Source of the DNA: Antedon mediterranea
Taxonomy: Eukaryota; Animalia; Echinodermata
Length of the DNA: 64,000 nucleotides
Reading direction: 5' to 3'
Assembly: GCF_964355755.1 (NCBI RefSeq)
Contig: NC_092680.1
Span: forward strand, 5,518,001 to 5,582,000
Translations under genes and position numbers: made by a program
Shown: in pieces, positions 40,014 to 52,150 of the stretch
Layout of the letters: every line of letters starts with the position of its first letter
Position numbering within the stretch: position 1 is the stretch's first letter
The notes under the pieces: generated by a model
Seen by the model: the letters and a program-made list of their open reading frames with translations, nothing else
What the model was told of the DNA's origin: nothing
Database searches by the model: none

Positions 40014-41294
40014 ATGGTATATTTGTTTGTTATTCGGTGGTTGTTAATGTTGGTTTATTGCAGCTGGTTTGTTGATGCTCGTACCACTATACATCCTACT
40101 GAAATCCACGCGTTGGTTGGAGATAATGCTACAATTGAATGCAGTACTAGTAGAACGCCGTCAGATACGACGATATGGTGGTGGTTTAAAACATTTAGTC
40201 ACTCAACTATACAAATAGCGATTGAGGAAACATTTGTCGATGTCAGATATGAATTAAACATTGATGACGATAGAAGGAAGAGTACACTGACAATATTAAA
40301 TGTTACAGTGGAGCATGGTCACGTTCAATATTATTGTCAATATGGAACTGTGTCAACAATGAATGCTACACTAATTATTACAGGAACAAAATTAGATTTA
40401 CAATATCCAGAATGTCAATCTGATAACAGTGTCGCCAATACAGAGAAAAAAATTACACTAACATGCAGTGCAATTGGTGGCGATCCAAGACCATTATTAC
40501 AGTGGTATACAGATGGCGAAAGGGTTACAGAACAAATTCAAAGTTATTGCGACTGTGATGGTATATCTTATATTTCTATGTTGACGCATGTGCTGATTGC
40601 TAAATATGAGTCGGCAATATTTACATGTAAAGCAGAAGGTATAGCAGCAACTGTTGACCAAAGTTGTTCCATAACACCAGCAATTCCACCAACGGTCATT
40701 ATCATTGCAAACACAACCACTTTTGCAGATGGCGACTCTTTAGAATTCACATGTACGGTAATGACCCCTTGGAACATTACAAATTATATTTGGACGATTG
40801 ATAACCAGTTACTCACTTTGAGTAGATTCAGGTATAGAATGAAAAACGACGGAAGTGTTCTTACAATATTTGATCTAGATCAAACTCATTACAACATCAG
40901 ATGTAACGTAACCACTGCATCTGGATTACTTGGTAGTGACGATGTTGAAATTACCTATGTAGGCCTAGATGAAATGGATAATGATTCAAACAATTTAACA
41001 CTGACTCTATGTCTTTCACTTGGTATGTTTTTAGTTGGATTTATCATGGGTAGTCTGGTTACATTTCGGAAAAACCTGAAATTTTTCTGTGTGAATGAAC
41101 CTCAGTCTGAATCAAAACCACCTGCTGAAAATACTCATCTAAGCTTAAGTTCTTCTGTTGATAAACCTTACTATCAGGAAACAATCATTTCGTCTGAACA
41201 GATTGTTTGCTCCGAAACTGATTATTCAGAACTAACTCCAACGACTCCTTCAATATACAGCGAATTAAACGAACTGAAGGTGCAGAAGAAGTGA
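40014..41294 (+). CDS. IgSF receptor 2: signal peptide, V, C2, C2/I, TM, short tail with ITAM (426 aa, single coding exon)
   Basis: Uninterrupted ORF with three Cys/Trp Ig cores, TM LTLTLCLSLGMFLVGFIMGSLVTF and tail ETDYSELTPTTPSIYSEL. Confidence 0.9.
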   Translation: MVYLFVIRWLLMLVYCSWFVDARTTIHPTEIHALVGDNATIECSTSRTPSDTTIWWWFKTFSHSTIQIAIEETFVDVRYELNIDDDRRKSTLTILNVTVEHGHVQYYCQYGTVSTMNATLIITGTKLDLQYPECQSDNSVANTEKKITLTCSAIGGDPRPLLQWYTDGERVTEQIQSYCDCDGISYISMLTHVLIAKYESAIFTCKAEGIAATVDQSCSITPAIPPTVIIIANTTTFADGDSLEFTCTVMTPWNITNYIWTIDNQLLTLSRFRYRMKNDGSVLTIFDLDQTHYNIRCNVTTASGLLGSDDVEITYVGLDEMDNDSNNLTLTLCLSLGMFLVGFIMGSLVTFRKNLKFFCVNEPQSESKPPAENTHLSLSSSVDKPYYQETIISSEQIVCSETDYSELTPTTPSIYSELNELKVQKK

Positions 41295-41369
41295 ATATAC
41301 GATTGTCATAAAAGTTGTTCTTTATACAGGAACACTCGTTGGAGTTTATGTTATTATTTGTAAATATAT

Positions 41370-42263
41370 CAAAAGGCGGAAATATAAAAATAAGATGCTG
41401 AGATTGATTTTGAAGAGAAAAAGAAGAAATACTAATAGATCAAAAAACTTTATTATCGGTATCTTTAATGGTTGGTAAGTTGCCTTTTCCTTGCACGTTT
41501 AGGAACCCGGCCTTGTTTTTTTGGTGTTTGTGACTTTTCTTACAGTACTTCTTTATATTTATATATTTTTTGCTTTTTAAAATGAATTGTAAATATCCAA
41601 TCTTATATTTTTTTATATATTGTTTGCAATAAAGATGAATATGAATGAATATGAATGAATAATGTTTCGTCTTTTTTTAGAGAATTTAAGTCTTTATGAT
41701 ATCTGAAATGAAAGTTGCTAGGAACCAACATACTGTAGTTATTAGTGTTATTAAACTAATCTAACAATTGTTCAAATTTTCTATAATTCATCAATTTATA
41801 AAAAATCATTTCAAAATGTGTTGTTTCAATTCAATTTATTAATGATCTGTTGAGATGAAATAATTAGTAAAAATGCTTTATGAAAAGTATGCTGAAGTAC
41901 GTTTTGTTATTGTTATTAGAGTCACATTAATATTTATAATAGGTCTAAGAATAATGGTACTAGTGATATTTTAAAGATATTTATAGGTGAAGTTTAGTTA
42001 ACATAGTCATGCTAAATTAAATTAATTGGATCAAATCGCGAAGCATAAAGATATTTTAATAACGATTGACGGTAAGCAAATATAATTGAGGACTACATGC
42101 CATGTGATCAAAAGAAAACCAACGAGCAATAACCAAACGACAGTTGTATTAGTTTAAATGAATTATTCTTTATTTTAGATCAGACAAGTTATCGTTTTAT
42201 TTTACATTAAAATTTATTTTGACAAAGTAAAGGAATATGGTATATTTTTACGTTGTTACGTAG
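41370..42263 (+). pseudogene. Degenerate paralog of 37290-38075: A2M 3' end, IgSF upstream region and abortive leader codons
   Basis: AGGCGGAAATATAAAAATA...GATGCTGA, GTCTTTTT..AGAATT.AAGTCT, ATGAAAG.TGCTA and GATCAAAAGAAAACCA all match 37290-38050 in order. Ends ATGGTATATTTTTACGTTGTTACGTAG at 42237-42263. Confidence 0.6.
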
Positions 42264-43050
42264 TTCCTAATTTTATTCTTGATACAAATTAGTGTTTTTT
42301 TAATAATTTGTCAGAGTGAAGTGCGCTTTTACTATACTTACTCCTCCCATGCGAATTAGTATACAAACACATAATAAGGCAGAAAAAGGGTAATTCTAGT
42401 AATAATAATAAATAAATAAATAAATAAATTATTTATATCTGAAAGTGGCCTATATTTGCAGTAAACTTGTTACGTTCTCTTATGGATCTATTTTTTTTAA
42501 ATACTAACATTTCACAACATAATAATACTTATTAAAATCCAAATATGTTTAATTTTTTTTTAAAAATTTGAGACCAAAGTTACTATCTATTTCGCCATAG
42601 TTAATGTAGGCTTCATGCGTACGATGCGCCCTCTGTCAAAGTATTTATAAAGCTATAATTAAATGTATTCCTATGAGATGTTCAAATACTACTGTCCTGG
42701 TATTACTATAGTTATTGTTCAACATTTTAATAATTCTACACAAATAACAGTGCTATGGGATATTGTTAAAGCAATTTATATATGAAGCTAGTTGACATCA
42801 GTCATGCTAAATTAAAGGTTTTGGATAAATTATACGAAGCATAATGGTGTTTTGAAAATAAACTAAACTCAATACCCTTGTTAACAGTAAGTAAATATTA
42901 TTAGGACCCACAGTTAATAAAATGTGCCAGGCGCAACAAAACACGTCGTTGCTATTGTGAATCACACATTCGTTAATTAGATAGATATATACATACATTA
43001 TATCTAGATTCTTCTTTTCACTAAACATTATTTTGAGGAAGTAAAGCAAG

Positions 43051-44530
43051 ATGGTTCATGTGTACGTTTTTCAATGGTTGTTAATGCTGGCTTATTGCAG
43101 CTCATTTGTTAATGCTTTTACAACTATACATCCTACTGAAATCAAAGTGTAGGTTGGAGATAGTGGTACTTTTGAGTGTAACACAACTGCCACGTTACCT
43201 TCAGACAAGAAATGGATGTGGTTTAAGACGTATAGCTACCGCACGATACTCTTAGTGACTGAGGGACAAGAGTTTAACGATGCCAGATACGCATTAAACG
43301 TTGACGACGATAGAAAAAAGAGTACACTGACAATATTAAATATTACAGTGGAGGATGATCAATATAAATATTACTGTCAATTGGGATCTGATGTATCAGC
43401 AATAAATGCCACACTCATAGTTATTTCAGGAACTAAGCTAGAAATACAATTTCCTCTGTCTCAATATAATAACAGTATAGCGAATACTAATAAAACAATT
43501 ACACTGACATGCAGTGCAATTAGTGGTGATCCAAGACCACTATTACAATGGTACAGAAACGGTAAAAAGCTCACAGAACCGGTTCAATACCAAAGTTATG
43601 TCAATGAAATGCATTATATTGCTGTGTTGGAGCATTTGTTGACTGCTGAAGATGAGACAGCAATATTTACATGTAAAGCAGAGGGTGTTGCAGCAACTGT
43701 CAATCAAAGTTGTTCCATAAAACCAGCAATTCCACCGACGGTAACTATCATTACAAACACAACAACTGTTGCTGTTGGGGACTCATTAGAATTTACATGT
43801 AAAGTGATGAGTCCGTGGAATATTACCACTTATATCTGGAAGTATGATGATCAACCGATTGATTTGACAAGTAAAACGTTCAAACTCAACAGTGACAGAA
43901 CTGAATTAACTATTTCAAATTTACAATCAGCAGATGCTGAGAAAGTAGTAAAATGCATAGCGAATACGTTATCTGGATTGAGTGGTAGTGATTCTGTAAT
44001 AATTTCAATATATGATTCGAATAAGCAGGAAAATAGAACACTTTTAATAATATTGGTAGTAGCTGGAGCTGTAGTGTTTATAGTTTTGGTATGTATTGCG
44101 ATTTTCATATTATGTCAAAATCAAAACCGGCAAAAAGAAAACCGGATGAAAAAAGAAAATTCAGCCGACTACGCTATCGTTTTTAAAACAAATGACAACA
44201 TGCGTGGTGTACCTCAAAACAATCTAAATATTACGGAAGATATTTCTGGTAAAACTGGTGATATAGTTCCCGAACTAACAACTTATTCACATGAGAATCG
44301 TATAACTGCTAAAAATGAGACTGAAGGAACATATAGTTTCGAAACGTATGGACATTCATCAGACCATGATGGAAATACGACAAACGAAGATGGTATTGAT
44401 GCTTTGTATGCACAACCGGTAAAACCTAGAAAATCGGATATTCGTTGTAGGCCTACCACCAGATTTTAAAGAATTATATGCAAAACCAATGAAGGAAACA
44501 AAAGGAAAAGTTAACATACTTTTACATTAA
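43051..44530 (+). pseudogene. IgSF receptor 3 (long-tail class), premature stop at the start of the V domain and a tail frameshift
   Basis: ATG 43051 with leader MVHVYVFQWLLMLAYCSSFVNA. TAG at 43150-43152 where paralogs have TGG or TTG. Open V-C2-C2-TM runs to 44469 with ALYAQP; a shifted frame continues DFKELYAKP to TAA at 44528-44530. Confidence 0.8.
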
Positions 44531-44934
44531 AGGGAACCACTCGGTATAAAATGTGTATCCACATTGAAAATCTCACTAGTTTTATAATGATTTGCACAAT
44601 TGAAAGCTAATGCCTATTTGGTATTAAACAATATAATTAATTTAAACCTGGAAGTGTGAAATCTTATGGAATATGGAAAAGAAAGTATATTTATAGTTGT
44701 ATATGTTTAGCCTGTAACTATTTAATTGGTCAAACAAGCAAATTAAATTGCATTATTAAATATACGCAGGGGTAAATGTATCTATTTTATTGTATAATTG
44801 CAATAGCTGGCTGCTCCCAAAGTTGTTATGAAAAAAATTGATACCTGTCATAGGTCCCAAGAACTATTATTAATGTGAAATATCCGAAAAAGATTAGCAA
44901 TAATAAGTTATATTTGGTAACAAATACTAAACCT

Positions 44935-45240
44935 TTATCTGAGAATGTAAATAAACTTAGGTGGTCTATGCATGGAGTTGTTATTAGATAACAACTCCCT
45001 GGTCTATGCTTGGCCATATACTTAGAATGAGTGAAGATACTCCTGCTTTTTCAGCATTGGTGTTTGGTATAGTACACTCTAATCCAATACAAGGGCGAAT
45101 TGGAAAACATCAAACCAATCTGTTAAGTACACTTAGAAATGATTTATTTATCAGAAATGTTAAGATAAATAATTTAAACGACCTAATTAATTTGCGTGAG
45201 ATTGCCAGCAACAGAAATAAGTGGCTTTTGTTATTTTGAA
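44935..45240 (+). mobile_element. 3' fragment of a non-LTR retrotransposon ORF2 (RTE-like)
   Basis: WSMLGHILRM...GRIGK...LREIASNRNKW resembles the C-terminal region of RTE-type ORF2. Confidence 0.55.
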
Positions 45241-45837
45241 TCTTTATTTTTACGTTATTTTATATTTTGTGTTGTTGTAGGATGCATGCATATAAGAACG
45301 TATCAGATTTTGTAAATCCACAGTGCGTAGGTTTTTTACATTTTTTGGAATAAAGTTACCTATATATATAAATGTATTTATAAAGTGTAAGCAAAATGCA
45401 TTTGTAAACAACTGTAATACACCAACTATTATTAGTAGTTATAATGTATATGTTTCAGATCACTTGATCATCTGGCCGCATATAGATAACCAGTAGGCCT
45501 AGAAATTAATCGTTTAATTGATCACCTGTCAATTAGTTCATAGATCAAGTTATAGCATACAAATATAATTAATTTGGCCTCATATCACGTGGTGCGACAT
45601 TATTAAATTCACTCTACTTCAGACTTACAAAAAACCTTCTCTTTATAATTATATGCAAATCCAAATAATCAATTCTAAATTGGATCAATTATTAAAAAGC
45701 ATAACAAAAAATGTTCCGAAAAGAAACTCAATACCGTTGTTAATATTAATACTTCTTTCTTGGAGATCCAAGAAACATTTATTATATATGGCCTTTGGCC
45801 CAAATAATATACAATGTAATACAATATTAAATAAATA

Positions 45838-46330
45838 TCAGTTGAGTGCGTTTAGAAATTCTGTTCTACGTTTAAATGAAAAGAATAAATATTTTCCAAG
45901 TTTAACAATAAGATCAGTATTTGTGGCAGACATAAGATAAATATATTTTAATTTAGTTGGGTTGTTTGTATAAAAGGAAAACATATATTTAGTTCTAATA
46001 TCTGAATAAAATGGACAAACTAAAGTGAAATGATATTCATCTTCAATTGATTGTAAAGCACATAATTTGCATAATCTTTCATTTCTATTTATACAATTCC
46101 ATCTTCCTTTTTCAATTTCTAATTCTAAAATTCCTAGTCGTATCTTAGTCATAATTTGTCTATGTTTGTAATTTGTTACTTTTGTTAGATATTCTTCAAT
46201 TCCAAACTTATATTTAACGTGCTTGTAATATTGGAGCTTAGAGTGTAGCCTAGTATCTTCGTAGAATTTCTGTCGTTCAATGTCTGTAAGCCTTTGTTTA
46301 AAATTTGAAATAAAAGTATATATATTATTA
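45838..46330 (-). mobile_element. 3' fragment of a non-LTR retrotransposon ORF2 (C-terminal cysteine-rich motif)
   Basis: LEIEKGRW...RLCKLC...IEDEYHFTLVCPFYSDIR, a typical LINE C-terminal CCHC-like motif. Confidence 0.7.
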
Positions 46331-47786
46331 ACCTGTTATGCAAGTAGTGTAAAGTAAACATTATATAACCCACAGTGAATAAAATATCAAAACAAAACAA
46401 AACATGAATTAATTATAACAGGCGCGTTTAACCGATACCAACAGACAATCATCGAAGAAACACTAATCAATCGTTTCAGTTTCTGTGAATCATAAATAGA
46501 TCAGATAAGTTCTCCTTTTTCTGATATGTTATTATGTCTGTTATTATTTATTTATTTTATGTAAATTGATAACATTATCATGATATCCGTAATTTTTTTT
46601 TTTTGAAAACTAGTACAGTACAGTTATTTAATAACGGTATAGCAGTCACTATTTTATTTTGTATTAAATGATTCTATCGGTTAATTAATGTATCGGTTAA
46701 AAATAGTGGACTTTAAAAAAAAATATGTTCCGCCATAGCACTACATCTGATTTCCAACAGAGATGATGATTGATTGATCAATACATGTGTTACAGTAATG
46801 TTAGCTTTAACTTAACTGATTTTTTTTTATTGTTTAGGAACATTATTTTGATAGTAATAATAATGGTATTCTTATATAGCGCTTAATACAATATTTCTAA
46901 GTGCTTATCACACACATATGATGGCCAGTGTGCTTGGTGTATAAATATATTGAAGCTTTACACATAAACTTGAGATTGATCTGTTTGGTTTTATAAAAGA
47001 TCTATTTTTTTTTAAATACTAATATTCAACAAAATAATAATATGTAATAAAAGACATTAGAAGAGAAATATTATGTATTTCTTTTGTTTAAATTTAAGAC
47101 CAACATTAATATAATAACTACCATACTTGTTGGCCTCGTTAATTTAGGCTTCATGCGCCCTCTACCAAGGTATTCATAAAGCTATAATTTGTGTTTGTGA
47201 GAATAGTAACTTCATGAAAGACATGTTCAAATACTATTTTCTGGTAGCGATATTTCTTATCGTACATGAATTGGAGACCCTTCATGGAAAGTCACAAAAT
47301 AAACATAAATATTCATTAGTCACATTCATAAGCTATGGCGTAAGAGCTAATGCAAACGATTTCCGTTGAAACTATGGACTTTGCATGCCGATGTATGGGG
47401 TTCGAATCTTCTTTTTACTTTATAGTGAGAGAGATTATTCAGAGGGTTAGGTTAAATTATATTTGGAAGTAGTTCAGGTATCTTACACATAAAGAATTTT
47501 TCATTGTTCACTTATGACGAAACATTATATATATTTTTATTGGAGCTAATATTATTTATTTATATATTATTAAATTATTATTATATTTGGTTCTACACAA
47601 GTATTAGTGCTATGGGATTTTTTGACAGCAATTTATAGGTGAAACTTAGTTGACATAACATGCTAATATAAAGGTTTTGGATCAACTATACGAAGCATAA
47701 AGGAAACAAGATGTTTTTGAAAAGAAATTAAACTCATTACCATTGTTAACGTTATGTAAATATTGCCATTGCGTGTCATGTACAAC

Positions 47787-48595
47787 AACAAGGCCAACAG
47801 CCATTAAGTCGCGTGCTACAATGCATAGTGATACCGGACCGACAGACAAACAGACCGACAGACAGACAGACCGACAGACAGACGGACCGACCGACATAGT
47901 AAATTATACTGACCGAAATTACTGAACATGTTTAAAAATGTTGAAATGTTTAAAAACATTTATATTTTTTTAATTTACACGTGCGTAGCCTGTAACTTTT
48001 GACGTGCTCGTATAACGTAATTTCGAGTTGAAAAGTAAGTCAAGAAAACAGAAATCGGGCAAAATGAGTGCGCAATAACATTTAACGCGCAGTGCGCGCG
48101 CAAAAATCTGCGCACTGATGGCAATTTTGTAAACGCTTAAAATTGCCTGAAACGTACTCTTATTTCATCGAAAATAAATTTTGAAAATTTTAAGCGCGCG
48201 TACGCATGCGTTACATGCGCTACGCACGTAATTGTATTGCCATATGATGATTTATGCCCTGAAATTTATGAGTACCAAATTTTATTTAATTGTGATTCAT
48301 GGTTGTTAAGATATGATTACAAACGTGATTTCGTTAAATCGTGCGTAGACTGCGTAATTTTTTATTGCGCACCGTGAAAACATAACCACATCGATTCCTG
48401 GCCATAAGGAACATTCTGTGAAAAATTGACTTAGCTAGATTAAACTGATATCAAGATAAGGTCATAAAGCGATAAAACGCATAGTGATACCGGACCGACA
48501 GACAGACAGACCGACAGACAGACCGACAGACAGACCGACAGACAGACCGACCGACCGACATAGTGAACTATAGAGTCGCTTCCACGCGACTAAAA
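47787..48595 (-). mobile_element. Helentron-associated (HINE/DINE-1-like) element inserted in the upstream region of IgSF receptor 4
   Basis: Two (GACA/GACC)n blocks. Termini are the reverse complement of 18781-18915. It splits the conserved upstream sequence GTCAT.CAC/AAC|AAAA..AATTGAAATA. Confidence 0.7.
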
Positions 48596-48754
48596 ACGAA
48601 TTGAAATATAACACACGCGCTTAACCGAGACCAACAGACAACCATCGATAACACTAACCAATCGCTCCAGTTTCTGTGAATCAGGAATACATTTAAATCA
48701 GATAAGTTCTCGTATTTCTGATAGTAAACATCATTTTTGGAAAGTAAAGCAATT

Positions 48755-50018
48755 ATGGTATACTCTTACGTTGTTTGATGTTGGTTAATGTTGATTTATT
48801 ACAGTTTGTTTGTTAATACTCAAATGCCTACAATATATCCTACTGAAATCCACTTGTTGGTTGGAGATAAGGCTACCTTTGAATGCAGTATTAGTTCGCC
48901 GTCAGAGATGAGATGGCAGTGGTTTAAAACATTCAGAAGCGTTATAGTTTTAGCGCATGAGGGAGAGATTTCCAATTCCAGATATGAATTCAACATTGAC
49001 AACGATAGAAAGAAGAGTACACTAACAATATTAAATAGCACAGTGGAAGATAGTCAATTTAAATATTACTGTCAACAGGGATCGGTATCGATGAATGTCA
49101 CACTCATCGTTATCATAGGAACAAAGTTAGATTCAAAATATCCAGCGTGTCAATCTGAAAACAGTATTGTCAATACGGATAAAACACTTACAATGACATG
49201 CAGTGCAAATGGTGGCGATCCAATACCAGTATTACAAAATGGTACAGAAACGGTAAAAAGGTTACAGAACAGGATCAAAGTTCTGAAAATGAATTATCTT
49301 ATTTTGCTGTTTTAAGCCGTGTGTTGACTGTTGATGATGAGACGGCAAAATACACATGTAGAGCAGAAGGAGTAGCAGCAACTGTTAACCAAAGCTGTTC
49401 CATAACACCAGCAATTCCACCAACGGTTATAATCATTACAGCATATTTTGCTGTTGGCGAATCTTTAGAATTCACGTGTAAGGTAATGACCCCTTGGAAC
49501 ATCACAAATTATATTTGGACGATTGATAACCAGTTAGTCACTTTGAATAGATTTAGGTATAGCATGAACAACGACGGGAGTGTTCTGACAATACTTTATT
49601 TAGATCAAACTCATTACAACATCAGATGTAACGTAACTACTGCATCTGGATTAGTTGGTAGTGACGATGTTGAAATTAACTATGTAGACCTAGATGAAAT
49701 TGATGATGATGCAAACAATTTAACACTAGCTCTATGTCTTTCAGTTGCTACGTTTTCTGTTGGATTTATCATGGGTATTCTGGTTACATTTTGGAAAACC
49801 TTTAAATCTTTTTGTGTAAATAAACCTCAGCCTGAATCAAACAACCAGCTGAAAATACAAATCTAGGCTTAAGTTCTTCTGTTGATAAACCTTACTATCA
49901 GGAGACAATTATTTCGTCTGAACAGATTGTTTCCTCAGAAACTGATTATTCAGAACTAACTCCAACGACTCCTTCAATATACAGCGAATTAAACGAACCG
50001 AAGGTGCAGAAGAAGTGA
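48755..50018 (+). pseudogene. IgSF receptor 4 (ITAM class), pseudogene
   Basis: CGA>TGA at 48776-48778 in the leader, +2 frameshift at ~49236, -1 frameshift at ~49840. ITAM-coding DNA is intact at 49938-49991. Confidence 0.8.
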
Positions 50019-51199
50019 ATAGACGATACTATAAGATTCATCTCTGGAATGTGTATTCTTTATACTGGAATGCTCTAATAGTTTTATTCTATTATTTATA
50101 CGTTATCATACCAAACTCACAGTTCAGGTTTGGACTATTTAACTGGTTTTATTGTTCTTGTTTTGATTTTCTGATCGTTGACTTTGTACATTTTGATGAG
50201 TAAGTTGTTATATATATTTTAATCTTATGTATTTATATTTGAGTCTTTAATGCCTCCTGTAATTGGCAACATCGCTGTTGGATGTATGCGAAATAAAATA
50301 AAATAAAAGAAAATAAAAATGTTTTGATTATGTTTAAAAAACTTTAAGTAGAGAAATTTTATATTATTATTTTTACATAATTATATGCTTTGACAATTTT
50401 ACATGTACATTTTTTTTTTTTTTAATATTTAACATGAACATTGCCTGTATTGTGCAAAAACTAATCGTAGGACATGATAACGTTTTACAGTTTAGAGGCA
50501 CGATTATTTTTATTAACGACGCATGCATGCACGTTCATAAACAGATTTTAGAATAAGCGCTGTAATATGAACATTTTTTTTTACGCTGCTACGTCCCATG
50601 AGGACGACTCATTCATAAGCTAAAGCAAGCAGCAGTTATAGTATCTAAGGTCGACAGTTTTGCTAAAATATAAACTCGACTATAATTTATAGATTTCAGC
50701 TGCTGGACCCAAAAAACGCCTGTGAAAGGAGTCTATGAGGGCTCATGGTTGAACGATTTTGCATTTTCGCCATTTGACTGGTTGACGCGAATCAAGTCAT
50801 GTTGTCTCTAGAGAGGGTATTTAGTTGCATGCCAAACAGTTTGAGGTCACATCAAAGATTTTATGTAGTTGAAGGCTTAACCTCACTGGGTCACACACAT
50901 TTTTAAATGGGCATGTGAATCATAATCAAAGAACTATCTTTGATTTGTGTGTATTTTTGCGATTAAGGGACATCTTTTTGATAATTAATCATAAATATAT
51001 CTGAAGAAAGAACAATGATTAATTTTAAAATGTCGAGCTGCGTTTTATGTCATGACGGAGTCATAGAGTATGGACCTACTTTTTTATATACTAATATTCT
51101 ACAACATAATAATACGTAAAAAAAATACATTGGAAAAGAAATATTTATTTGTAATTTGAGACCAAAATACCTATCACTCAATACTTTTCGGCATTGTTG

Positions 51200-51625
51200 T
51201 ATGCGGTCAGATCCGCCAATATGGTGGTGGTTTAAAATATTCAATGAACTGGCTACACAAATAGCGACTGAGGAAGGATTTATCGATGTCAGATATAGAA
51301 GAAAGAGTACACAATATTAAATATTACAGCAGAGGATGATCAATCGCAACATTACTGTCAATATGGATCTGTATCAATGCATGCCAAACTCATCGTTACC
51401 ACATGAACAAAGTTATAGACACAAAATATCCAGAGTGTCAATCTGATAACAGCGTAGTGAATAGAAAGAAAATACTTTACACTAACATGCAGTGCAAGTG
51501 GTAGCGATCCAAGGCCATTATTACGATGGTACAGAAACGGTAAAAAAGTTACAGGATCAATATCAAAGTTCAGAAAATGAATTATTTTATTTTGATGTTT
51601 TGAGCCGTTTGTTGACTGCTGATAA
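51200..51625 (+). pseudogene. IgSF receptor fragment (partial V and D2)
   Basis: WWWFKIFNELATQIATEEGFIDVRY, HYCQYGS, YPECQSDNS and a GDPRPLL.WYRNG-like sequence, with several indels and no leader or TM. Confidence 0.75.
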
Positions 51626-52150
51626 TATGTATACACTAATGGTTCTATTGATGATGCGCTTAGTTGACATGTTTTGAAAAAGAAATTCAATTCAATACCG
51701 TAGTTAACGGTAAGTAAATTTACACAATTGAATAAAATGTGCCATTGCGTGTCATACACAACAAAAATGGATTGAAATACAGTATAATAATAGACGCGTT
51801 TAACCGAGACCAACAGACAACCATCGATAACACTAATCAATCGTTTCAGTTTCTGTGAATCATAAATACATTTGGATCAGATAAGTTCTCGTAACCAACA
51901 TACTGTATTGTTTCAATCAATTTATTAAGGATCTGTTGAGATGAAATAATAATTAAATGTATTGGATCAAATCGCGAAGCATAACAATATTTTGAAAAAG
52001 ATTGTCGGTAAGCAAATATTATTGAGGACTACATGACATGTGAAGAACCAACGACAGTTGTATTTGTTTATATTTCTTATTATCTATTTTAGATCAGACA
52101 CTTTATCGTTTTATTTTACATTAAAATTAATTTTGAAAAAATAACGGAAT

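Noticed and set aside
46371-46400. RAG-type recombination signal (CACAGTG followed by an A-rich nonamer-like stretch)
   Set aside because: Spacer and nonamer do not match, it does not abut a V coding end, and the V domains are already joined to C domains in single ORFs. There is no evidence of V(D)J-like rearrangement.
50520-51075. GC-richer intergenic block as a gene or defined element
   Set aside because: No ORF or termini I could define with confidence; probably repeat-derived but unsupported.
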